Below, in pieces: positions 51,201 through 63,200 of a stretch of DNA of 64,000 nucleotides. The stretch is from Macrostomum hystrix. Its lineage: Eukaryota; Animalia; Platyhelminthes. Under the pieces are notes generated by a model that ran no database searches, was not told the origin of the DNA, and worked only from the letters and a program-made list of their open reading frames with translations. The translations under genes were made by a program, and so were the position numbers. The stretch is taken from NCBI GenBank assembly GCA_950097015.1, contig CATNEN010000015.1, positions 372,001 to 436,000 of the forward strand. The letters are read 5' to 3'. Numbering within the stretch: the stretch's first letter is position 1; each line of letters begins with the position of its first letter.

Positions 51201-54200
51201 TCTCGAAGTTCTACAAAGATTTCATCACCAGGTAATCGCGCACCTGAGCTCAACGGTTGAGCCAGCGATTCTCAGCAGCTTCTCCTGACCCCAGTCGAAG
51301 TGGAAGAGCGATTGGTTGTAGAAAAAGTTCTCGAAACCCAGGTAGAAGGAGTATGTGCACGGATCCACCAGTTGGGTGTAGAAGAAATGCCTCCGGTGCA
51401 CCTTAAAGTCCAGTTCCGTGCAGCACTCGATGCCTAGGCACTGGTCGTGAATCTTGCAGTTGTAAGGCTCTCGGTTCAGACGCAGGGTGACGTCGGCGAA
51501 GGTGCAGTGCGGCGGCCACTTCTTGGCGTAGAGCTCAGGGCGACACTGCGGCTGCTTGAGCAACTGACGCTCCAGCTCGAGTCGGTTCAGCAGCACCCCA
51601 GTGGCTGCGTCAACGGGGTTTTCGATGGCGCCCTCTGGGTTCAGCTTCGGCCATTGAAGGCTCCCGTTCGACAGGCAGAAGGGGATCGGGAGCCGGGCGT
51701 CACTCAGCAAAGGCAAAACTTCTTCACTGCACGTGGCGTGTCCGGCGCAGTTGGCAATGTGCCAGGCGAGCTCCAACTGGCTGTCGTGGTGCTTGTTGAA
51801 CTGCAGGTCGATGGACAGAGCCTTGCCAATCGGGATCTTCAGCCACTGTCCAAAGTTTGAGAAGACTGGCCGAGTGACTGCCCAGTTTTCGAACTGGACG
51901 CTGAACGCCATGGAGCACGGGTCCAGGCGCAGGGAGGTGCTGAAGCTCTTCTCCAGTGTCAGCAGCTTGAGCTTTGCGCAGCAGCGCAGCTCCAAGCAGT
52001 CGTCAGTCAGCTGGCACTGGACGGAGTCGGGCAAGTCGTGTGTCAGCCGGAAGTGCGGGCACCGAGGATTCGCCAGTCGAGAGCCGCCTGTCATGAGGGC
52101 GCAGTCGTCCCGCTTGAGGAAGTCCTTCTCCAGACCGAGCTTCTGCATGAGCATCTCTCTGGCCTTGTCCATCATGTGGTCGCGAATGTCGCTGGCGTTG
52201 AAATCTGGCCAGCTGAGGTTGCCCGCACCGGAGCAGAGTGGCACGGGCAGCCTCGCATCGGTCAGCAGGGCGATGGGGCTCGGCAGGCAACTGCCGTCGA
52301 GGCACAGATCGAATGCAGCGTCCAGGAACAGCGCGCTGTCATCAGGCTTGTGGTCCAGCTTGTACTTCACCAGCAAGTGGTCGCCGATGTGCTCAACTCT
52401 GCTCTCACCCCAGGGATAGTTCAGGATGGAGCGGTTGAGCGCCCAGTTCTCGAAGCCGAAACTCACCTGGTGCTGACAAGGGTCCACGAAGGCCCAGGCC
52501 GAGAAGGAGCGGCTCACGAATCCGAGGTCCAGATCTAGGCAGCACACGAGCCCCATGCAGAGGTGGTGCAGCTGGCAGTTCGCCTGCGGTGGCAGCTGCG
52601 GCTTGTCAAAGTATGGGCAGCTGTCTATAGGCGCGAGGGAGTTGCGGTTGCACTGGAACTGGCGCAGGAACTGCGGAGAGACGCCGAGACGGTTCACCAG
52701 CAGCCCGCTGATCTGCTTGCCTTCGAGATCTGAGACGGGAGTAGGTTGAAGAATGGCACTTATTCGCTGGCAGTTCAATGATGTTTGATTTCAGGATTCA
52801 AAGTACACACCTTTGCTAGGCCAGAAGAGAGTGCCGTTGGCAGCACAGCCGGGAATGGGCACCTCCGCCGCACTGAGCAGCCGCATCTCCGGCAGCCAAT
52901 GGTCGTCAAGCCGGAACTGAACAGAGCCCGAGATCAGGAAGTTCATGAGATCTGGCGTCTTGGACACGGTGTACCTGTGCGATAGTGGCAGAGTATTTGA
53001 GAACAGTGCTCAGGTTTAAGAAGCTTAGTTGACTTCACACCTGTTTAGTAGTGCTTTCTCTTACTTGAGCCGAATGGCCTTCTCAAGCTGCGCCAGTTGC
53101 TCAGTTCCCCACGGGAAGACCGTGAAGGTGGTGTTCCTGTGCCAGTTCTCGAAGCCGAAGTCGATGGTGAAGGTGCACGGATCTACGCGGAACCAGAACT
53201 CGAACGCTCGCTTCACGATCCGGAGGTCGAGGGTGGCGCAGCAGCGAAAGCCGGCGCACTCGGCGGTCTGGCTGCAGGCGATGCTCCCGTCCGGCAGCTC
53301 CGGCGCGCGGAAGTACGGGCATCGGCTGCTCGGCACCATCTCCGCCACCGGGCACTCGGAGGCGCGCAGGAAGTTCGGCGGCACCGACAGGCGCGTGGCC
53401 AGGAGACCGCTCAGGCCGCCCTGCCAGTCGACTGCAATTCAGGGGATGCTGGGGGTTGACTGCCGGCGACCACAGCCCCACTGCGATATTGGCACATTGT
53501 GCCCTCAACTCACCTTGAGGCCAGGACAGCGAGCCATTGGTGTTGCAGAATGGAACTGGCAGCTGGTAGTTTTCAAACAGCTGAACGCTGATGTCGCAGT
53601 CAGAGCCGGAGCAAATGGAAACTTTCATCGAGAGTACAAAGTTGCTGAGGTCGCTCAGCTTATTCAACGTGAACCTGCAATTTCAGAGCATCAAGCAATT
53701 GCACCTGATCATTGGCTACTTGGCGCACCCAGCGCTACTCACTCAAGCTGCAGAGCGCTGCCGATCCTCTCGACGTGCTTCACACCCCATTTGAAGGAAA
53801 GCAGCGAGGTGTTGAAGTGCACCTTCTCGAAGCCAACACTGAAGTCGTAGCTGCACGGATCGATCTTCAGCCAGAGGTGGAAGGCCCGCTGAAGCAGCTT
53901 GAAGTCGGCCAGCGCGCAGCACTCGATGCCCATGCAGCCGGCGGTGAGGCTGCAGTTCATCGAGGGCGGCAGGCTCGGCAGTGTGATCGTGTGCGGGCAG
54001 TCTGGAGAGGTGCGGGCAGGGGTTTTGAAACTGTGTGCTCATTGGCGGCACAATCTTGACACGTATGACCTTGGATGAAGATCTACAACTCACCGTTCTT
54101 GGGCGGCCAGATGTTCATTTCCACGGGCGAGCAGGCGGTGCCTCTCAGGATGTCGGCCGTGACCCCAACTCTGTTCAGGATGATCTTTGTGCCCGCGTCG

Positions 54201-57200
54201 TAAATTGACTTTACCATGTCCTGAGGATCGACTGAAAGGCGATGAAAGCGTTGGAAATGAGAGAAGTTAGGGTGTAACGATGTGAGTTTCTGAGAACAGA
54301 GCTTCAAGGCAGAGCGACTCACACTTGGGCCAGGACAGGGTGTTGTCGGAGCGGCAATAGGGAACCGGGAGAGGCGCGGCGTCGATGAGCCACGCGGTGG
54401 GCATCAAGGACAGGCCATCCAGCTGCGTGCCCACGCCGAAGCTCACGTCCAGCTCGTTACGATTGGTGCGGTCGAATTTGAAGCTGAAAGTTGATGTGTC
54501 ATACCTTGTGACTGCGCTTAACGAATGGTTGCGTCTGACTTTCGAAAATGCAACGGACTTCTTAATGCAAAAGAGTCCGAGGCACCGAGAAGTCGAACCT
54601 TACCTGAAGTCGATGGCCTTGCCGATCGTCTCTGTGTGCATGAGGCCCCACTTGTCGAACAGCGACCGGCTCCAGTTCCAGTTCTCGATGCCCACGCCCA
54701 CGGACAGCTGACACGGGTCGAACTTGGCCCAGGCGTTGTAGCTGTAGCGGAAGTTGCCCAGCTGCAGGCTGAGGCAGCAATCCACCTCCAGACAGGTGTC
54801 CTTGATGCGGCACTTCAGATGCTTTTCGCCATGGAGCCGATCAGAGAGTTTGAACAGCGGACAGTCTGAGGATTTTTTGGTTTGGCATTCGTGAGGTGCA
54901 AAATGCAACCGTTTCTGACGCCTGTGACCGGAGATCCCACATGCTATCTCCGAGACACCGCACCTCTGGAGCTCAGACAAATGATAATCTGGTTATTTGG
55001 AACTGCATGCAGGCCTGATCCCATGAAAAGGCCCTTCAAAACTCTTGGCCAGGACCCATTGCTTTAAGGGGGCAGGCATATTCGAATCGCGAGCAAACTA
55101 AATATCTAGCCTACTCACTCGACTGCTGTCGCGACGAGCTCCTCCAGGTGGATCCGTCTACGGAGCAGTTCTGCAGGCGGAAGAACTTCTTGTCCAGCCC
55201 GATGCGCTGCAGTGTGATCCCCATGGCCGTGTCCTTGATACTCTCACCAATGTCGCTTCCAAGGTTAATGAGGTCTGTGGAGTTCAAATGAAATTTTACT
55301 GTTTACTTAAATTCTAATTATCCCTGAAAAAAGTACTCGAATCAAACCTGAAATTCCGATGGATGCCTCGCGATTGCACACTAGCTGAGGGATCTCGTAT
55401 CCCTGCAGCACAACAAACTCCTGGCTGATGTCCTCCACCTTCAGCGAGATGGTCAGGTCAAACGTGAACACTCGCCTGTTGTTGTCCTTGGAAATCCGGT
55501 ACCTGTGCCGATTAGAAAACGATGCGCCGTCAGGTAATTGATAGAGTCTTAACAGTTATTGCAGAAAATGTCCCTCTTTGACCTACCGCATGACGAGCGC
55601 GTTTCCCAGCCTCTCGGTCTTCCACTGGCCCCAGTCAAACGTGAACAATGGCCTCTCAAACTTCCAGTTCTCCAGTCCCACTGAGAACTTGTAGTCGCAC
55701 GGATCTACGAAGGCCCAGGCCTTGACTGACAGCTGCTTGATCTTGAAATCCATGCTCATGCAGCACTCGATGCCCATGCAGTGCTGGTTGAGGTGGCACT
55801 TCAGCGGGTCCGGGATGTGCTGAGGCAGCGACAGGCCGGGGCAGACTGGAATGTGTGAGATTTCGGGACACTTCATCAGACTGCCATCACCGTTTCGCAT
55901 TGCTAAAAAGCCGAGCGGCAATGAGCAGCGAAAACAACTGCGAACCTTTGGGACTCTCGGGCTGGCAGTTCGAGTGCGTGGCGATGACGCCCTCCAGCCG
56001 CAGGTGCCGCAGGACGGCCTCGATGGCGCTCTCGGTGATGCTGCCGCCGAGCTCCTTCACGAAGTCGCCGATGGAGCCGCCAGGCAGACTGATGGACGCG
56101 TTCGGGTTGCAGATCGGAATCGGAATGGCGAAGTTGTTGAGGAAGGCCACCGGAGTCAAGGTGTCTCCTTCGATCTTCACCTGCAGATCCAGGTCTACGA
56201 AGAACAGCTTCTTCACGGGGTCTTTGTCGATCTTGAAGCTGGAAGCGGAATCAAAGATTTTTAGATTTGAGTTCAAATCAAACAAGCAATTCGCATCGGT
56301 CAACATGGCGTGCTGTCAGACCTCACGAAGATGACCTTGCCGAGGTCGAACGACTCCCTGCGACCCCAGTCGTAGCGGAAAAGAGACTTGCTCAGCGCCA
56401 TCTTCTCGAACCGAATCAGCAGCTTGTAGTCGCAGGGGTCGACGGACACGGCGAGCGCGAACGCCTTGCGGGCGATGAGGATGTTGAGCTCGGCGCAGCA
56501 GCTCAGCATCCGACAGTCAGCTGACAGGTCACAGTAGGTGCCCGGCAAGAAACCCGCCGGGGCGTTCGCCGAGCTCTTGAACAGCGGACAGTCTGGAGAG
56601 CGATTCGGTGTTTGATTCGACAGGAACAGAACATTTTCAATGAAGTCGAAGCAATTAAACAACTTGCCAATATGTGTAAGTACTTAGGCTACACCATCAA
56701 ACATGTGGACATACTCGTAATCTCTTTTTGTGCTGCAGCCCTTACCCGTGTTCTTATGGACGTTTTCTCCGGACATTCTTTTGCTCTCTGCCTCGCCCCA
56801 GTCGGCTAGCCCCACCCGGATTCGAATTTATCGATAAACCCCCCTCATCACGGCATGTACATCTCAACTGCACCCGTGCGCCTTCTTTCGGCCCTTTTGA
56901 GCTGTAAATATGAGTTCACGATCAAGGCTGCCCACACCCCTTGCTCCACGCTGAAACCCTGCTAAAGTTCGCCTGAGTGTCGTGATTTTGACATTTCTGA
57001 GTTGTGAGTATCATAAAATTGCCTCTCTGCTATTCCTTCAGGGCATCGGACGGGCAGCGCTTGACTGGGGACCTGGGGAGCTTCAGCTTCTCTCTGTAGG
57101 TGCATTTACATGTAGGGATCACAAAACTACTCAAATCTACTTGAGAGTTCATATGGATGAGGACTTACGGTTGAAAAAGCCGGTCCTGTTGTCGCAGTGG

Positions 57201-60200
57201 CCCTCGAAGTCGATGAGGTCGCCGATGCCCAGGTGCCTGAGCACGGCCTGGACGGCCTCGTCAGTGATCTTCTGCACGCCAGTCTCAGTCAGGTGCCTGA
57301 TGAAGTCCTTGACCTGGCCGCCACCAGGCAAGCTGATCGAGGCGTTCATGTTGCAGCCCACCTGCGGCACCATGGAGTGTTCGAGCAGCACGAAGTCTGT
57401 GCGAACCGAGTCCACCGTGAGGCTGAGCTTCAGGTCCACGATGAACAGGCGCCGGTCGCTGTCCTTGCGGATCGTGTAGCTGGAAAGCGCGAAATCGAGA
57501 CCATCATTTTTTAGCTCCGATTGAAAATATATTTCAAGCCAAGCAATTGAAGAATGCTGCAGTTAGACATTATACTCGCTGGTGTTCTGCTCACATGATC
57601 TGCAGAGGTGACCCCAGGTTGAACGTCTCGACCTGGCCCCACTGGTAGTAGTAGAGAGTCTGGTTGTAGTACATGTTGTTGAAGCCGATGGAGAACTTGT
57701 ACTCGCAGGGATCCAGCAGCAGAGACAGTTGTGCCGTCGGCTTGTAAACTTTGAAGTCCAGCTCTGCGCAGCAGGTAACTCCCATGCAGAACTCGTTCAT
57801 GTGGCAGCGCACCTGGTTGGGCAGTCTTGGTAGATGGAACACCTTGGGGCAGCCTGTGAAAATTAACCGAAGCTTTCATGAATGAAATTATGAAACTAAA
57901 TGCAACTGCTCTTGGGTAGCGCGCAATGATTCTCATAAAAAAATGAACGAAGCAACGCTCACGGCTATCCCAGCCATTGTTGAATGTGCTCGATGGCAGC
58001 ACGCAAGCTGGGGAATCAAAGAATGCGCGCTGCAGGCCAAACCTTCGCACCACTGCCTCCCATGCCGTCTGCACTGTCGAGTCGGAGGCCTTTTCGCCGA
58101 GCAATTTGGCGAAGTCGCCCAACGAGCCGCCGGGCAGAGCGCCGGTGAAGTTGCTGTGGCAGTAGGGCTGGGGCACCACCGACTCGTTCAGCAGCTGAAC
58201 AGACAACTCGCAGCTGTCGGTGAAGCAGACTGCCAGGCCAAAGTCCAGCTTCAGGAAGTCAGTTCTGACTCTGTCCACCGAGTAGCTGCAAATATATTTC
58301 GCGATTCGATCATATTCTCGATGTCCGGCTTGTGAATGGGACCAAGTGTGCTTGCATTGGACTTTGCCTATGTTTACGGTAAGTAAGCAGAATGGGACTC
58401 ACTCCAGCCGAACTGCCTTATTGCCGATCCACTGCGACTTTTTCTGTCCCCAGTGAGCTTCCAGCAGGGAGGTGTTGAAGTGCAGCCTCCCGATGCCGAT
58501 GGAGCTGATGTAGTCGCAGGTGTCCAACAGAATCCAGGCCTTGGCGTGGTAGTTGAGGAAGCTGAGGTCCAGTTTGCTGGTCTTAAATGCGAAGTCCAGG
58601 CAGCACTCGATGCCGAGGCAGTTGTCCGTCACTCGGCACTGCAGGTTGGACGGCAGCTGCGGCAGCCGCACGTGCGGACAGGCCGTGAAGTTGCTCATCC
58701 GTGCGCATCTGCCCTTCGAAAGGACGTTGGTGAGACCTGTCCTTGCGAGCAGGATCTCCGCGGCCTTGTCCAGCGCGGCCGGGCTGGAGGAGGTTCCGAG
58801 CTCCCGGAGGAAGTCCTCCAGCTTGTAGGTGTTGCCAGGCAGGACTCGGTGCCAGTCGTTGCCGCAGAAGGGCACTGGCACCGGTAGCCGGTTGAGCACG
58901 CTGATGTAGTCCAGGAGGCAGGATGAGGAGCCCGGACAGATGGCCAGCTGGAGGCTGAACAGCGGCGCATCCGGGCTGTCTGGATTCTCTTCGAATCGGT
59001 ACCTGGCGGATTGATTGTTATCAGCAAGCTTTGTTGGATTGATCAGTCACTCAAGAGTCGATTGGCTGGCTTTGTGAAGGCCTGAAGCCAATAAAATTTA
59101 CGCTTTTAACCAAAAAAGTACGACATTGCTTACTTCAGCTTAAGAGCTCCGACATTCTGTGAAAACTCCTGGCCGTAGGGAATCGCGAACAGGATCTTGT
59201 TGAAGGTCAGCGAGTTGAAACCGAAACTAAAGGTCAGCGAGCAGGCGTCAATTTTTGCCCAGCCTGTAATGCGCATGGGACCATGAATTCAGCTATGGGT
59301 TGCGAAAATGTGAAATTTGTGTGCAAAAGCTACACACCTTGCAAGTACTTGGCAATTTCGAATCCCCTGATCGAAGCCTCGAGTCCCATGCAGCACTCGA
59401 ACTTGGTGCAGTTCGGCGACGCCTGGCAGAAGACGCGACTCCTTAGCGCCTCTGGCAGCTGCGGCAGCTCCAGCTGCACTGGCCCGTTGCGGCACTGGCG
59501 GAAGTGCAGCTCTGCTAGCTCGATCAGCTGCGTCTTGTTGTCAGAGTCCACCACCTGAACTCCACGCTTTCGCAGCCCCTCCAGCAGCACTTCGTTCGAC
59601 ACCTTGTCTGGGAGTGAGCATGCCTTGGCGTTGAAGACTTCGGCTAAGTCCCTCAGACCCAGCTGCTGTAGCTGGTCCTCCCACCACTTCTGCATCACGG
59701 CGTTGATGGCTGAATTCGATGTCTTCTGCAGCAAAGACTTCAGGTGCTTCTTGTTCAGAACCTGCTGCCAGTTCAGCATGGGCCAGGTGACGATTCCGTC
59801 CTTGCAGATGGGAATCGGCAGCACGAGCTCCTGCAAGACCTGGATGCCAAAGGGGGTGAGTAGTCAGCGGCTTGTGTCGCTGCCTCACTTTCCAGTGGTC
59901 TCTGGTTTGTTCCTCCCTCCAAGTCATGATTATTTCGGGGCTTAGTTGGAGGATTGCGAAGTAGTGACTTGCGGAGATGCACCTTATTCTGTGCAACCAA
60001 AGCTAATTTAAAATAGCTTAACCCTTGACTTCTGCATGCCTGCTTGTGTGTTTGTGTTTGTGCGTTGGGCAGGGTGTGAGGCGTTGTATGGGGGTGGGGC
60101 GGGTGTGCACCAATGTGTACTCTCGTCACTACCATTCAGGCATCTAAGTCCTCCCCTGGTTTGGTCTGCTCTGTGCGTGTCCGGGCCTGGGGTGAGAGGC

Positions 60201-63200
60201 ACTACGGCTGCCGCCCCCTTCCCCGCTTGGCTTGCTGCTGAGGTGCCTGTGTCCAGGGGTCCAGATGGCGCGATTGGGACTCCCGCCTAGTTCGTCGGCC
60301 TGGGGGCATGCCGTTCCTCTGCCTGTGCGTCAAGTGCCCCAGGTCCCCTGCAAATAATTAAGTAAAGTAAAGACCTGGATGCCAGCGTCGCAGTTGCTGG
60401 TTGACGCGCACATGAAAAGGCGAAGGCTGAACATCACGCTGTCATCCGTCTTCGCGAACTGGTAGGACAGTTTAATCTTTCTTGTCAGAACGTCGAAGAA
60501 GCTCATTTCGTCCGTCAGCCAGATCTCTTTCTCCTCAAAGTCTGAAATATGCTTATGCACTTATTATGACTGTTTTCTGTTTCCTAGATTTGATTTGAAC
60601 AGGTCCTAAGTCGCATACCATTGGCTGAGAAGCTGTCTAGCTCAATCGAGTGCACGAAGCGGTTCATGTCCTTCAGCTTCAGTCCGAACTCCAGCTTCTT
60701 GCTGCTGCCGCACGGATCCAGCCGAGCCCACAGCTTCGCCGCCTTGCGGAACATGTTCACTTTGAGATCCAGGCAGCACTCCATGGATAGGCAGCTCTTG
60801 TCGAACTGACAGTAGATTGGCTTCTGCAGAGACAGTTGCATCAAGGGACAGCCTGGGCAGTACGGTTGGTATTTAGGTTAGTAAGAATGCTGGTGAAAAA
60901 AATGGGCATAGTATGCTGAACAAGATAGACTCACGAGAGTCACTCTGCTTCATGCGGTCAATAAGGCTGGCCTTGGGCATGACGTCCACTTCCTTTTGAT
61001 CGAAGCCCTTTTTAATGAGCTCGTTCCGTAGCTCCTCTTCGGACATCAGGTAGGGACTCTGGCACGGCTGGTCCTCGAGGACATCTTTCACCGACAGCAG
61101 CATCTGGTCGGTCTCATTTCGCGTTGACGCTAATATGTTTCTAACTTCCTCTGACTCAAGAAAAGCAACGACATGGGCCAGCCGCATTCGGCGTAGGTTG
61201 AACTTCTGGAATATCCGGTCCACTCCGAGCCTTTTCGGGAAATTTAGGACGCTGCTAAACTTTCTAAGGACTCTCTCGTTAGTGGTTGGCTGGGCATTGG
61301 AATTCCCAGTGTCCTCTGCAAACAGGTTCTTGTAGTCCGCCATCAGCGGTGCGATTGTTTCCTCTCTGGCCTCCCGCCGTGGGCTGTTATCGAACACCCA
61401 GCCATATCTCGTTAGTCTGGCTGAGAGAACCAGAAATCCCAGAACGTACACTTGGGCATCGCCACAGTAGGGCACCCAGTTGGACAAGGTAATTCCGCGA
61501 GGCTCCAGATACTTGCTGGCATCCAGGTACGTACCCGGGCCGGACCTAGCAGACATGTGGATGTGGTTGATGCACTTGCCCGTGTTGGCCGCAAAGCCCA
61601 GCTGGCCTCCAGAATTCAGCCGCACGCCCTCAGTTGCCTGGTTGTTGCCTCTGGCGAAGTCAAACACGGGCAGCTCGCTTTCTTGAAACCTGCCGTTGTC
61701 CATCAGGAACTTCACATTCTCAAATATGAGGTGAAACCTGTCCAGACTGAAGCCCTTCGGAATCACGACGAGCTGGTTGGGTCGCTCCGGGCCTCGGTAA
61801 TACTCGCCCAGGATGGGCACAACGATTCTCTGTCCCGGGTGGACCTGCAAGTCCACGCCCGGGTGAGACCACAGGCCGTCGCCATTCGCGGGAAAGAAGC
61901 CGTCGGAACCGCAGCCTGATCCGGGCAGGCGATAGGTGCGAGGGAACTGGGGATGCACCCGCGGCCCCAAGATGGACTCCAATATGGTACGGAGTGCGTT
62001 CCACGTCTCAACAAGACCATTGAAGGCCTCTTTTAAACCTCGGATGATTTTCTTCCAGATCTGAATGAGACCCTCGGCGATCCCCATCATGGTTTGAACT
62101 CGGCTCAGCGGTTCGATGAGGCTGCTCTCCACTCCTTGAAGAAGACCCGCAAGCTTTGAGAATTCCTGAAATTAATTAAATTGTTAGCTTGCAAACCTTT
62201 GTTTTAAAGTTCCAACATAATAATCGCCGCTCACAAAGAGCCAGAAGTACCTGGTCAGACACAAAGCCAGATGAGCGGTTTGTCCCAGCCAACACAGCCT
62301 TGGCTCTTCTGTCCAGTCCTGTGCGCATCGCCTCAGTGAACTCCGAATGAAGGCTGTCGCAAAGTTTGCCGATTTCCCACCAGAAGGTCCTGTCTTCTGC
62401 ATGAAAGAGTATAGGAATTGATGAGAGAATGTACAGCATTCAGCCTAGTCTCAAAGTCACAGCGCACTCACCGTTAGTCGTATGGCATGCAGCCTGCGTT
62501 CGATTCTGGCTATCGATGAGGCCCTGGACTGCTGTTCCTATTTGGTGGAAGGCCTTGAATGCATTCAGCATGGACTCTTTGGGCGAGCGATACAGTTTCG
62601 GAAAGATGTTCACTAAGAGATCCAGGCTCTCTTTCAGCTGCTTGCCAGAGACTGGCATCTGGTTGTTTATCGTGTCGAACAGAGTCTAAAACGGTGTGCG
62701 CGAGCGCAAGTGTGATTTCTGGAACTCTGAACAATTCTATGAGCTCTGCTCTAACTTTTTACTCCTTCTCTCACACCAAAATCTCTTCGGTCTGATGTGA
62801 GTCAATTAAATCGGAGTAAGTGCATGCGTGTGTACGAATGCGTGTTGTCGATAGACATACAACAACTACCATGATATTTTGAGATGGTATGCCTAGCAGT
62901 ATGAAATGTTGCAGATCAAGCACCGCAAACATTCCACTCACAATGTAGAAGTCAGTGGCATCCGCCTTGACGGTGCTGGACAGGATGAGAATTCTTCTGA
63001 GCACAGCTAGCGGTGGCTGCAGCTGCTCAGGCAGCTCCTGTGCGTCCAGCTGGGACAGGATGCTCAGCGCGTGGTCCCCTGAGTCGCTCATCTGCGCCAC
63101 AATCTCGGGCACTTTTCCGTTAAACTCGTCACCAAGTCTTTTTATGACAGAGAACAGCTGATCGGGATTCGTTGGCGCAAACAGCTCGCGGAAACCGTCC

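Noticed and set aside
60017-60027. TTAACCCTT piggyBac-like terminus within the 535-nt insertion
   Set aside because: No matching AAGGGTTAA end, and the 15-bp TSD is incompatible with TTAA-specific insertion.
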